Shown here one piece after another: positions 27,055-40,857 of a stretch of DNA of 64,000 bases. Positions within the stretch are counted from its first letter, which is position 1; every line of letters starts with the position of its first letter. The stretch lies in NCBI GenBank assembly GCA_964016885.1, contig OZ024742.1:250914001-250978000 (forward strand), read 5' to 3'. The notes beneath the pieces were generated by a model. It was not told the origin of the DNA, ran no database searches, and saw only the letters and a list, made by a program, of their open reading frames with translations. The stretch is from Eledone cirrhosa (lineage: Eukaryota). A program made the translations under genes and the position numbers.

Positions 27055-27061
27055 ATACATA

Positions 27062-27093
<32 letters not shown>

Positions 27094-27096
27094 CAT

Positions 27097-30056
27097 ATCA
27101 TCATCATCATCATCATCAACGTTTAACGTCCGGGTTCCACGCTTGCATGGGTTTGGACGGGGGTAGTCCCACTTGAGGCAAGAGTGATTGTCTTGCTCGC
27201 ATAGGACTGTCTGGCAGGTTTTCTACAGTTGGATGCCCTTCCTAACACCAACCACATTTACAGTGTGGGTCTGGGAGGTTTTTACCGTGTTGCCTACACG
27301 GCCACATTACAGCATGGACTGTGTGTTTTTTTGTCGTGACACCTACACGATCTCATTTGTTTCGGCCTATGGCGCGGCACCAACATAACTTTACATAGAA
27401 CGGGGTGGTGTGGATGGGGTGGGGGTGGTGGTGGTGGGACGGGGTGTATTTTGTTAGAGATGCCTACTGGTTGGAGTAGGTTTTACTATATATTTAGGTA
27501 AGGCGGGTCTTCTCTGTTACTGAGTACCGCCAAAGGTCTCGGTCCAGTGACATTGTCTTGGAGAGGTGTAAGTGTGTGATGTCGGAGTTTATCAGCTCGT
27601 CCCAGGTTTTTCTAGGTCTGCCTATTCCGTGACTACCGTCTATCTTTATTGCCCTGCACTTTGTTATACAGCTATCGACTTTCATGCGCATCACGTGTCC
27701 ATACCAACGTAGCCTTCTCTCGAGTAAACAACATCTGATCCCTCTTATCTCTAATTTTTTCCTTAGTTCGTTTATGCTTTGCCGTTCACGTATATTACTG
27801 TTACACATCCAGCGGAGCATGCAAGCTTCGTTCCTCTCTAGTCTGCGTATATCCTCTGCACACAATGCCCAGGTCTCACTGCCATGCAGCATTGCTGTTC
27901 GTATGCAGGCATTGTACAACCTGCCTTTCATTTTTAGGGAGAACCCTTTAGCAGCTAATAGTGGTATAAGCTCTCTGAACTTTTTCCAACCAGTTCTGAC
28001 TCTAGCTACAGTACTTTCAGAGCACCCTCCCCCACTGCTGATTTTATCGCCCAGGTAACGGAAGCTGTCCACTATTTCTATAGAACCCTCTGCGCAATTG
28101 AAAGAGCTAGTATTTTGTGGGCACTTGCTGCTACTTATTGCACCAGAACACCGGCCACATGTAAAATCTATGGTTCTTAGTTAGCTTACCTGTGATCCCA
28201 CTACATCTTTTATGCACCCATACTTTGCATTTAGGACATAAAATGGAGTTTCTACCTACGCCTTTCCTACACACCGAGCACGACCATTTCCCAGAAGGGA
28301 CCGCCGCCTTGTTTTCTTTCCTACAAACTAGAACTTTGGTCTTAGCCAGGTTAATTTTAAGTCCTTTTGACTCTAGGCCGTGCTTCCATGTTTGGAATTT
28401 CTTCTCTAGCTCGGCCATTGATTCCGCTATGAGTGTCAGGTCGTCTGCGTATAGGAGTTCCCATGGGCAGCCTGTCTTGAACTCCTCTGTTATGGCCTGA
28501 AGGGCAATAATAAATAGTAGGGGGCTGAGAACAGAGCCCTGATGGACGCCAACTTTTACGCTAAACTCTTCACTATATTCGTTGTTAATTCTAACCTTGC
28601 TGACTGTTTCTTTATACATGGCTTGTATAGCCCTCACAAGCCATTCGTCAACGCCTAGTTTTCTAAGGGCCCACCAGATAATGGAGCGGGGGACTCTGTC
28701 GAAGGCTTTCTCCAAGTCGACAAAAGCTAAGTAGAGGGGTTTACCTTTAGCTAGGTACTTCTCCTGTAGTTGTCGTACTATGAAAAGAGCGTCTGTGGTA
28801 CTTTTGCCTGACACAAACCCGAACTGCATTTCATCTAGGTCGATTCTCTCTCTGATTAGTTGCGCTATTACTTTTTCCGTGACCTTCATGACCTGGTCGA
28901 TTAATTTAATGCCTCTATAGTTACTCCTATCTAGGGCGTCTCCTTTACCATTATAACAGTTAACGATGATGCTGCTATGCCAGTCCTTCGCAACAACCCC
29001 ATTCTGTACGACTTGGTTAACTATGCGGGTGACCATGGTGTGTCCCACCGTGCCAGATGCCTTCAGCATCTCAGCAACTATTTCCGAAGGCCCAGCCGCT
29101 TTACCCGTCTTCATATCCTTGATTGCATTACTTATTATACTCCCCTCGACTAACAGTGCTGGTCCCTCTATTGGGTCGATATGGGGGAGACTGTCTTTCT
29201 CCCATTTATTCTTCTCATTTAGTAGCCTTTCGTAGTGACACTTCCAAGCTACCTTCTTATCAGCGTCGGTGATGGCAAGTGTGCCATCGTCGTTTAGTAC
29301 ACACTTCTCCCCGACAATATCACGGTTTTCCTTGACGCATTGCCTAGCAATCCTGAACACCTCACGTTTTTGGTCATCGCGTTGTAGAACATGCTTGAAC
29401 TTTCTTTCCTCAGCTTCCCTTCTTGCTAAGTACACTTGTCTCCTAGCTTCCCTCCTGGCCACTTGATAGTCTTCTCTACTTCCCCCATCCCGCCATACTT
29501 TCCAAGCCTGCTTTTTGGCCTTAATTGACCCCTCCACCTTACTGTTCCACCACCATGTTACTCTCCTCCTGCCTACAGGCCTGCTCCAGCCACAGACTTC
29601 GTCTGTCGCCAACAGCAGGTTTGCTTTCAGAAATTCCCACTCTCGCTCTATATTGTCCGACTCTAAATGTTCTTCCTTACTGCCGAAAGCATCAAGTAAT
29701 ATGCTTTGAAATTTATTCCTGGCTGTGTTGTCCTTTAGCTTCCATATTTTTCTCCTGAGGATAGTCCTCTTCTGCTGTCGAGTACGTCTCGTCCTGACTA
29801 TGAGGTCGCTAATTATCAGTCTATGTTGGGAGGTGCATTCTTCATGGGGGAGGGATTTGATGTTTACAACAGACACTCTGTCACGTCTTCTGGTAAGGAT
29901 ATAATCTACCTGGCTTGTGTGTTCCCCGGATCTATAGGTGATCAGGTGATTGTCACGTTTTTTGAAGTTAGTGTTACAGATAGTTAGGTTATTTGCATCA
30001 CAGAATTCCAGGATTCTGGAGCCTTCCTCATTTCTAGTACCAAACCCATAGCCTCC
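27097..30056 (-). mobile_element. RTE family A, least decayed long copy (partial APE, RT, PHD-like finger, 3' UTR)
   Basis: About 640 open codons from [12 protein letters not shown] through YADD to the Cys-rich finger; frameshift near 28170; continues as 27494-28072. Confidence 0.95.
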
Positions 30057-30083
30057 TATATATATATACATATATATATATAC

Positions 30084-30247
<164 letters not shown>

Positions 30248-30414
30248 CTGAACAAACAGGAAAAACGAACACAGACATATATATATATATATGTGTTCAA
30301 ATTGTATTGGACCAAAATCGCTAAGGTGAAAAAAATACTAACTACAGACAATAGGGTTTGCTTGACTCAATTTAAGAATAAATTAAGAAAAATAAATACA
30401 AACCAGTATTGTGG

Positions 30415-30514
30415 TAATTACCATCACCCGGATGGTCTTTGATAGAACCGTTTCGCAATATTATTTGCGAAGAGATATACCAAATTCCAGGCTCATCAGT
30501 GGGTGATGTAATTA
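30415..30514 (-). ncRNA. Type I hammerhead ribozyme
   Basis: Minus strand: CATCACCCa-CTGATGA-GC...GC-GAAA-cGGT..ACC-ATC-cGGGTGATG; long stem I; two mismatches next to the core. Confidence 0.7.
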
Positions 30515-30695
30515 GTATCCCCCTCACTTCTAAGTCAAATAGAAAACTGGAAAATGTGTGTATATATATAACGCACATGGTTCCCGAACTTACCATGTCG
30601 CGCATACTTACGCCACTAAAAATAGCAGCTGGGTCTACACGACATTTGAAATAGCTCTACGAATTAACGGAGCCGAATATATCAAAAGTATTTAT

Positions 30696-30736
<41 letters not shown>

Positions 30737-30751
30737 TATATATATATAGCA

Positions 30752-30950
30752 AAAGAGTCAGGACCCCGAAGGTTGAGCTCCGGCCGTTTCGACAGCTAGA
30801 TTCAAACTCAGTTCGGATCTAGCTGTCGAAACGACCAGAGCTCAGCCATCGGGGTCGTGACTCTTTCCTTATTACCTACTCTACTACCCTAAGTATTGAG
30901 TACTCTGGTGTGCTATGGTCTACCTGGTATCTTACCACACCCTCTTTGTA
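30752..30950 (+). mobile_element. Small fold-back element (hairpin with about 50-bp arms)
   Basis: Arms 30752-30801/30817-30866; a relative lies at 14538-14677. Confidence 0.65.
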
Positions 30951-31043
30951 CATATCTATATCGCGTGACTATCTCCCCCTCCGCCTTTTGGGATTCTTTC
31001 TCACGTCGTGTAGACGCGTTCTTGAGACTAGTAAAATGAGGTA

Positions 31044-31131
31044 TCCTCTTGATAAGTCGGCAGACCTCGCAGGGACTCTATATCTTTGATATATTGTTTT
31101 TGTTTATGCCACGAAACTACGTAGTCGAGGA
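31044..31131 (+). ncRNA. Type I hammerhead, U3-A8 variant, long stem II
   Basis: TCCTC-TTGATAA-GTcGGCA...TGCCAC-GAAAC-TACGTA-GTC-GAGGA. Confidence 0.8.
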
Positions 31132-31637
31132 ATTTAGGAGCAGTTTAGGTATGATACATTTTATTACTAATTATATCTAAATGTTTCTTCTCTCTTCATA
31201 ATGTATTTTTAACTCTGATACTGGTTCAGTCTAGTTCAAACTGAATTGGTCTGTCCCAGTCATTCATTGAGCAACATCGGTGAAGTTGGCACCCTTAACT
31301 CACAGTTGGGTGCGGATGCATTCATGTATATATGCGTGTGTCCGCATGTATCTGTGTGTTTCTAAATATATTGTTAATAACTCCCTCTGGTCGAGCAATC
31401 TTTGAAGTGTGGGGACAACTGGAAAGCTTCCATTACTCATACTTCTCGCCTTCTTCACTACCTCTTCTACGGCCTCGATATGAATACCCCCTCCGCCTCC
31501 GTGGTATTTTCTTCGTGGTTATAAGAGGCTTAGCTCTGTTTCTCGACCGTTATATTGCGTGACTATCTCCCCCTCCGCCTTTTGGGATTCTTTCTCACGT
31601 CGTGTAGACGCGTTCTTGAGACTAGTAAAATGAGGTA

Positions 31638-31725
31638 TCCTCTTGATAAGTCGGCAGACCTCGCAGGGACTCTATATCTTTGATATATTGTTTTTGTTTA
31701 TGCCACGAAACTACGTAGTCGAGGA
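31638..31725 (+). ncRNA. Type I hammerhead, U3-A8 variant (second copy)
   Basis: Identical to 31044-31131. Confidence 0.8.
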
Positions 31726-31799
31726 ATTTAGGAGCAGTTTAGGTATGATACATTTTATTACTAATTATATCTAAATGTTTCTTCTCTCTTCATAATATA

Positions 31800-31832
<33 letters not shown>

Positions 31833-32383
31833 GTATATATATACATATATATATATGTATATATATATAGAGTGCTTCTTATCCGATATCTGCATTGCTT
31901 TATTGTACTACAATAAAACTCACCTCCTACATATATATATATGTATATATATATATATGTATAAATATATATATAAGATATGTGGTTATAGTGCTGTAAT
32001 TTACTATTTTCTTTCGTAAGATGAGAGAAGCTCAATGCATGTTACTGTACAAACTGGACATTTAAGTTATCGACAATTAAAATATCCTGTTATTAAGGTG
32101 GGTTCAGATAGCAAAGCATTTAAAATTCAAAATTTATCCTTAACTGTTTTATAATTTTCAATATATATATATATATTTATATATAAGAAAAAGAAGATAA
32201 GCAAGACTGTGTATGTGTCTAGGTTATTTCAGTTGTATACAGTTGACTGCTGTTGTCACCCTAAGATAAATAATTAACACACACAGTGAAAATAGAACAT
32301 CAATGATAACAACAATTACTGATGCTATTACTACTATATCAATGGTAAATTTTAGAAATTATATTTCTGTGTATGCCTGTGTG

Positions 32384-32429
<46 letters not shown>

Positions 32430-32540
32430 TGTGTGTGTGCGTGGTGTGTGTGTTTGTGTTTGTAGGTAAAATTATATATTTTCTTTTAAAATGTATATTT
32501 GCTTGCAATGCTTACTTTTAATATATTGTACATAATTACA

Positions 32541-32764
32541 CCTTTAGCATTTAAACCGACCATATCCGGCCAGAATTCTCTCACTTCTTTCTGTTCAAAC
32601 CAGCTGTAATCAACCACTCATACTGACATTGAAGTATTGTTCTCAACATAAATAATATCAAAATCTCATAGATTCAATATTATGTGAGATAATTATGTGA
32701 AGTAAAGTCTTTACCATGAAAATATAATAGTAAATACAGAGTAATGTAAATACTAAAGGGTTAA
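32541..32764. mobile_element. piggyBac-like MITE
   Basis: TIR CCTTTAGCATTTA / TAAATACTAAAGGG followed by TTAA; inverted homolog at 39862-40070. Confidence 0.7.
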
Positions 32765-32882
32765 TATAAATTATATAAATAAGCTCTTCATAATACACTT
32801 TTTAGCCTGTAATTGTATTGAGCTATTTAAGGTGTAATATGACTGAAATAATTTTATTTTAGTCTATATTTTTATATTATAT

Positions 32883-33070
32883 ATCATCATCATCATCATT
32901 TAATGTCCATCTTTCATGCTAGCATGGGTAGGACGAGCAGTTCCTTTGTGAGAGATCAGGTTGGGGGACCGTGGTTCGCTCACACAAAACTGATTTGGGC
33001 TTGGTTTCTACAGCTAGATGCGCTTCCTAACACCAACCATATTTACAGTGTGTTGTGAGTGCTTTTTGGT
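32883..33070 (-). mobile_element. Diverged RTE 3' UTR fragment
   Basis: (ATC)n, CATGCTAGCATGGG, CCTAACACCAACC. Confidence 0.75.
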
Positions 33071-33099
33071 ATGGTGAGATCCACCAGATGTTAATGTTT

Positions 33100-34103
33100 G
33101 GTGGTATATTTTTTTTTTTTTTTTTTTTGTGTCATTTTTCCCATGTATGTAGGGAAAAAGGTGAATGCTTTTGACACTATTGGTGTCACAGAATGTTTTT
33201 GGGCAAGTACCTCGCTTTTAAACAGTACAGAAACACTTCCGTACTGTTTTTCTCATTGGACAAATTCGATATTTGCTAGAATTCCTTTCAAGGTATTTTC
33301 TATATCTCCTTGTCTAACAAATATCGGCTTTCTCGTGGTATTGGACACAGTCCTAAAGATCACTGAACTGTGTCTTCGAACTGTGTCTTCTTTTATTTCA
33401 AGGGGTGAGTTAATTCTAAACCCACCCTTTTCTTCGAAAGTTACAAATTTTCTCCCTTGCTGGAGCATATCTCTTGCATTGGAGATGTCAAGATTTTAAA
33501 AATCTTGTTTTTTGTTCACTGTTTCAGCGAAAGACATTTTTTTTTGTGCGGTGTTGGTGTTGTTGTCGTTGTTGTTATCGTTATTAGCCTCGGTGTTGGA
33601 AATCTCAGTTCCTTGACGAGGTGAAACTTTATGTGTAGATGTATCTGTGGAGTTGTTGATGTTTTTTTCATGTGTATGTATGTTAATGGGTTTAATTCCT
33701 GTGTTTTCATTTTTTTTTCTGCTTTGACGGTAGAAATTGTACAATCTTCAAGTGGCAATATTTTTTTCCTTTTGTTGACAGTCGTATCTATGGTGACGTC
33801 CGTAGTAGCAGAAGCAGATATAACGTTAAAATCTGCCTCTTTCTCTCTCTATTCTCTGTCGACGTTCTCCAGCATTCCCTTTGTGTTATTCATGTTTTAT
33901 AGTTGGCAAAATTTGATATTTTAAAACAAATTTTAAATTAAATTTTCGCCCCTAAAGGGGCGAAAAATGGGATTACCACCCAGCTGACAATTCAGCTTGG
34001 GGGTTAATCTATAAAATAATATGTTTTTTCAAACAATTTGTTCTGTTTTCCATATATAAATTTACAAAAAAATCTTACCGCCGATGTTCCACACGTCAGA
34101 CAG

Positions 34104-34106
<3 letters not shown>
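33100..34106 (-). mobile_element. Tx1/L1-like LINE 5' end and ORF1 relic
   Basis: KKMSFAETV...KQYGSVSVLFKSEVLAQKHSV...FFPTYMGK, homologous to ORF1 at 43650-43780; the 5' end abuts (GATA)n. Confidence 0.7.
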
Positions 34107-34107
<1 letters not shown>

Positions 34108-34155
<48 letters not shown>

Positions 34156-34240
34156 GGATAGATAGATGGATGGATAGAAGAATTGATGGATCATAGATGG
34201 TTGGATGCATGGATAGATAGATGGATAGATAGATAGGTAG
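34108..34240. repeat. (GATA)n/(GGAT)n array
   Basis: Direct reading. Confidence 0.95.
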
Positions 34241-34440
34241 AACCAAGTCATCATTATTTAGTAGATATATGTTTGAAAATGAATAAAGAAAATGTGGAAG
34301 AAAATTATTGTAATTGATTTAAATGAATGTGAAATAAAATGACAATGGCCAAACTGACATTAGAGAAAAGGTCAAGAAAATTTGAGAATTCAAAATGTTG
34401 TAATCAAGGAACTATACATATACACACACATATATATATA

Positions 34441-35085
34441 TCTTCTTTTCTTCGCCTACTTATTCCTGAGAGGGTCGTGGGGGCAGAGTCCTCCTCAAAC
34501 ACTCCTTCCAGTGGGTCCTGTCAGAAGCAAATCACCTTTAGCTGATCCAGCTGGATCCCCAAGCGTGACCAGCTAAGCTCATGGATGTTATCCAACCATC
34601 TTGCTTGAGGTCTACTCCTGGGTCTCCTATCAGTTGGTTTCACCAGTAAAATCTGTCCAGCAATTCTTTCCTGAGATATTCTAACCACATGCCCATAGTA
34701 TCGAAGCTGTGATTTCTCAATTCAGAGAAGTAGCGGCTCTACCTGGAGTGACTCTCTGATTTCTGAGTTACGCACTTTATCAAGTAATGTTACTCCAAAG
34801 ACCCTTCAGATGAACCCCATTCAGGCCGCTTGTATTCGCGATCATATTCATTCGGTCATTATGCAAGATTCATGACCATAGGTAAGAGTTAGCACGAAAA
34901 CCAAATTGAAGACGAGTTTGGCTTTTACACCTACTTCCCTTCTGATTACTGAATGCTGAAGCTGGTGCATTACTACACCAGTTTTTGCAATTCTTGTGCT
35001 TAATTCAGCCTCCTGCCTTCTATCACTCATGGACACAGCCCCAAGATACTTGAACTTCTCTACCTGCTTCAGTGGGACTCCAAAT
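34441..35085 (-). mobile_element. Distinct RTE-clade LINE 3' fragment
   Basis: QVEKFKYLG, LTYGHES, DKVRNSEIRESLQV, QLRYYGHVVR, RSRPQARW; GAA-like tail. Confidence 0.8.
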
Positions 35086-35182
35086 TTCTGCTATTGTTCA
35101 GGGTCATTTCTTAAACACTCACAAAACACCTAGATGCTTTTACCTGGATGATTCAGGCCATTCTGAATATTCATAGATAGCA

Positions 35183-35995
35183 ATCATCATCATCATCATC
35201 ATCACCGTTTTACGTCCGTTCTTCCACGCTAGCATGGGTTAGACGGGTTGTCCTGTTGTGGGCAGTGTCTGGTCGGCTGACCATGCCTTGCTCATACAGG
35301 AACTGATCTGGCTTGATTTCTACAGCTGGATGCCCTTCCTAACACCAACCTCATTTACAGTGAGTGCTGGGTGCTTTTTTGTGGCGCCTACACGTCCACT
35401 TTACAGTGTGGGCTGGGTGCTTTTTTGCCGTGGCACCTCCACGACCACCTTGCGGTGGGGGGGGGGGCATATTGTTTATATGCTTCAGCATGTACCCATG
35501 GGAGGTCGGGTACCCTGTATTACTGCGTGACGCCAGAAGTCACGGTCGTGTGTCATTGACTTTGAGAGGTGTAGTTGGGTAAGGTCGGCTTTTATCACCT
35601 CATCCCAAGTCATCTTGGGTCTCCCCACTCCGCGGTTTCCATCAACTTCTAGTGCTCTGCACCTTTTTATGCAGCTGTCATCCTTCATACGCATCACATG
35701 TCCATACCAGCGTAACCGCCTCTCCTGCACGCAGCATTTGATTCCTCTTATGCTCAGTCTCTCTCTCAATTCATTTATGCTTTGTCGTTCACGTATATTA
35801 CTGTTACACATCCATCGGAGCATGCAGGCTTCGTTTCTCTCTAATCTACGTAAGTCTTCCACCTTCAGCGCCCAGGTCTCACTACCATGCAACATCGCTG
35901 TTCGGATACACGCATCATACAGTCTGCCTTTCATTCTGAGGGAGAAGCCTTTTGCAGCTAGCAGTGGTAGTAGTTCCCTAAACTTCTTCCATGTA
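35183..35995 (-). mobile_element. RTE family C, 5'-truncated
   Basis: [11 protein letters not shown]...GRPKMTW...PPMGTC*; 3' UTR; (GAT)n tail. Confidence 0.92.
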
Positions 35996-36624
35996 GTATC
36001 CAATTCTGATATCTGATAAACCTATTTGGATTACAACAAAAACCACCATATCAATGAATCACTGCATGAGATTTTTTAAAATGTATCAAAATTAACTTGA
36101 CAAAGTTCTAAATGGAAAGTATGACTCATGTTGTGTTTGGAAGCTAAATATGATACACTTGCATGGAGATAAGGTTAACAATTTCTCATGAAATTAACCT
36201 GAGGTATCAACACCCCATCACCAACAACACTACCACCAACAACAAAAAATAACAACAGACATAACAATACTTCCATTACTAACGACAAAAACACCACCAA
36301 CAACAACAATAACAACAGCAATAATGTTTATGTGGCACATTTTTCTTTTGAACAAAGGGAAGACAAAAGAAAATTACTGATACACCAGCACCTCTTTCAC
36401 TAAGTATAACACTGACTGTAATGAATACATGTATACATACATACATTGAATGTGTTTTTATTATATATTTCTGGCAATATTATAACAACATGACCCTCCC
36501 CAAATATAACAATATATATATATATATATCAACAGTCGATCAAATTTCAGCAAATCAGACCAAGGAAACAATGTTTTCATTGATCTTTCCAATTGCTAAT
36601 ACTATGTCGGTCGCAACTCCAGGC

Positions 36625-36748
36625 AGATGGAGCAACGTAAAATAAAGTGTCTTGCTCAAGGACATAATGCATCACCTGGTCTGGGAATTGAACTCATAAT
36701 GTCACGCTTGCAAATCCAATTCTCAAACCACTCAGCCATACACCTTCA
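36625..36748 (-). mobile_element. tRNA-derived SINE head
   Basis: Minus strand: GTATGGCTGAGTGGTT...GAGTTCAATTCCCAGACCAGG...CCTTGAGCAAGACACTT. Confidence 0.75.
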
Positions 36749-36769
36749 CAATATATATATATATATATA

Positions 36770-38200
<1,431 letters not shown>

Positions 38201-38204
38201 TTTG

Positions 38205-38756
38205 CACTCACATGTGCAGAAGAAGAATTAAAAGGGCCTTTATCTTAACCGCGGCATAATGGCAAGTCTTTTGTGACAGTTTTCAAGAATATCGGACGTT
38301 CCTGTAAAAAGTTTTCCCCATGTGTAACTTTGCATTGTTTTTTTGCGCAAAGTCGAGCCCCGCTTCAGTTTTATTGATTTTTTACATCAATGCGTGATCT
38401 CTGAAGTAGATTTGAATATGAAAAGATAAACTCTTTAATGGTCGGTCGTTTACTGAGACAGCTGGGAAGACATGCAGCTGGCCGTCCAATCAATAACGCA
38501 CGTCCTTATATGGGCATATGAAATTTATTTTTATTGCGCCAGATGTAAACTAAGAGTTCTTGTGTTCGAATTCACATAAAATTTCATTGGAATCGAAAAA
38601 CATTCTGTCATAGGGCCCGATTATCGATTTTTCAAAAATTTCAAGTACCCTATTCCACTCTACGCGTTGAGTTTTATATATGTGTGAGGTTTCATGAAAA
38701 TTGGATGAACGGTGTAGCATGCAAGTTCGGAACACCAAACAATGCCCATCTTCACT

Positions 38757-38765
<9 letters not shown>
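38205..38765 (+). mobile_element. Possible Helitron/DINE-like non-autonomous fragment
   Basis: 3' part GTTTCATGAAAATTGGATGAACGG...CACTTTATTTTATATA resembles such ends (recall only). Confidence 0.3.
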
Positions 38766-38796
<31 letters not shown>

Positions 38797-38802
<6 letters not shown>

Positions 38803-39130
38803 ATAATAATAAAATTGAAGACTAAAATCCAAAGAGGGCTCGATAAGGAAAATATATATCAGATATATAAGAACCGTAGAGCAAATATTTATTAAAATAA
38901 CAGATTAAAGTTTAAGCAAAGAATCGCTGCTTTCACCCTTAACAGGATCTTCTGAAACTAACAAAGTCAATCTGTAAACGCAGAACTGGATATTTCAAAA
39001 AACGTTGCAACCGGAGGAAGACAGGAACATGATACTTTGGTTCGTGGTAACGTTCGCTGGCAAAGAACGGGAAAAAACCGTTAAGGGTGAAAGCAGCGAT
39101 TCTTTGCTTAAACTTTAATCTGTTATTTTA

Positions 39131-39138
<8 letters not shown>
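38797..39138. repeat. Fold-back element with 59-bp inverted arms
   Basis: 38885-38943/39080-39138; both parts are also present at 19186-19290. Confidence 0.8.
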
Positions 39139-39205
<67 letters not shown>

Positions 39206-39861
39206 TATATAGATCAAATAGGTCAAGGAAACATGAAACAAACAAGAGGATGCAATAACATGAAGTGTATTAATTTCATGCTTGGAGGAAGAAGAATGAG
39301 TAACATAGTCACTGTATCAGGCATTTGCTCTTCATCGGGAATAACACAAATGGAAAATAGCAAAGAAAATAATGTTAAAGAATGAAAAGTACAAAAAATA
39401 AATAAAAGGTTGTTAAAATAAAGTTAGAAAGAAAAATATCAAGATAGAATATAAAGGAGGAGAGTGGAGGAGTGGTCGAGTCTCCTGGTCTGGGGGTAGC
39501 AGATGTGCAGTGTGTGTGTGTGTGTGTGTAGGTGGGGTGCATATTACGATGCATTTGCACGTGTCCGGGTGTTGAGTGTGTTGTTGCTGAAGGTGTGTGT
39601 TCATACATGTGTAAGCATGTGTATGCTGGTATTTGTGTTTGGCAGAGGTGTGTGGTTGTTGGTGTGTGTTGTGTGGTTGCATGTATAGGTGTATGCAAAT
39701 GCACGTGTGCATATGTTGGCATGTATTGTGTGGCTGCATGTGTAGGTGTAGGCAAGTGCGCATGCGCATGTGTGTAAGTGTAAGTAGTGGGGTGATTTTA
39801 CAAGTCTTGTAGGCTCCAAGGTGGGTAGAATCCAGCTAGATTTCAGGTTGGTAAAGGTAGG

Positions 39862-40070
39862 TTAACCCTTTAGTATTTACATTACTCTATATTTACTATT
39901 ACATTTTCGCAGTAAAGGCTATACCACACATAATTATTTCACATAATATCGAATCTAGGAGATTTTGATATTATTTATTTTGGGAACAATACCTCAACAT
40001 CAGTATAAGTGGCTGGTTACAGTTGGTTTGAATAGAAAGAGCTGAGGGAATTTTGGCCGGTTAAAGGTTG
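39862..40070. mobile_element. piggyBac-like MITE (second copy)
   Basis: Starts TTAA-CCCTTTAGTATTTAC; reverse-complement homolog of 32541-32764. Confidence 0.68.
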
Positions 40071-40812
40071 GTAAGTTGAAAGTCAAGAAGGAAGTGGTAA
40101 ATGGAATAGAGGGATATGTTCCGGGTTGACAGACAAGATTTTAATAAAATAGAATCGAGAAAGGAATTGTGCGTAGTTGCAGGGAGTGTATGTCTGTCTG
40201 GGGTAGGTGGGAAGAATTGTGGTGGCTGAGTTCTAAGGAAGAACTAGGGGTGGGAGGAGGGGTTATATTCATCAGTCAGAAAAAGTGTAGGGGACAGAGG
40301 CTGAAGCAGTGTGTGGTGGGTGCAGGAGAAAATTAGTATGAAAAAGTCAATGCTGTATGGAGGGGGGGGGGCGACAATGGCGAAGGTGGTTAAAATGGAA
40401 TAAAGAAAGGAATGGGTGTGGGGGGATGGTGTGGGGGGAGATGGCGGGGGAGGGAGATGGTGGTGGCAGAGTTCTAAGGAAGAAATGGGCGGTATGGATG
40501 GAAGTTGTATTCAGCAGCCAGAAGGAGTTTAGGGAACAGAGTTTGAGGTAGTGTGTGGTGGGTGAGGAAGAATGTCTGTGTGATGGAGTCAAAGTCGTAT
40601 GTATGGAGGGAGTAATGATACCAGTTGCGTCAGTGGTGGCGGGGACTGCGTTGGTGGTGTTGATGGCTGTGTTGGTGGTACCAGTGGCACAGTGGTGGTG
40701 ACGACTGCATTGGTGGTGTGTGTACATGCTGTGTGGCGATTATGGTGGTGGTGGTAATGCTGGTGATGCGCAAGTGTGCAGATGAGGAAGCACAGACGCA
40801 TGAGTACACACA

Positions 40813-40854
<42 letters not shown>

Positions 40855-40857
<3 letters not shown>

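Larger units (their letters stand above)
30957..31796 (+). mobile_element. Retrozyme-like or non-autonomous Penelope-like element: two 246-bp direct repeats, each with a hammerhead
   Basis: 30957-31202 equals 31551-31796 apart from one mismatch seen; offset 594; no meaningful ORF; followed by (TA)n. Confidence 0.8.

Noticed and set aside
27684-28058. Recurrent antisense ORFs (MRITCPYQ..., MPFLTPT...)
   Set aside because: Shadows of RTE ORF2 or its UTR, repeated only because the element is repeated
39290-39350. Hammerhead-like CCGATGA...GATAC on the minus strand
   Set aside because: Both core boxes are altered and stems I and III do not pair convincingly
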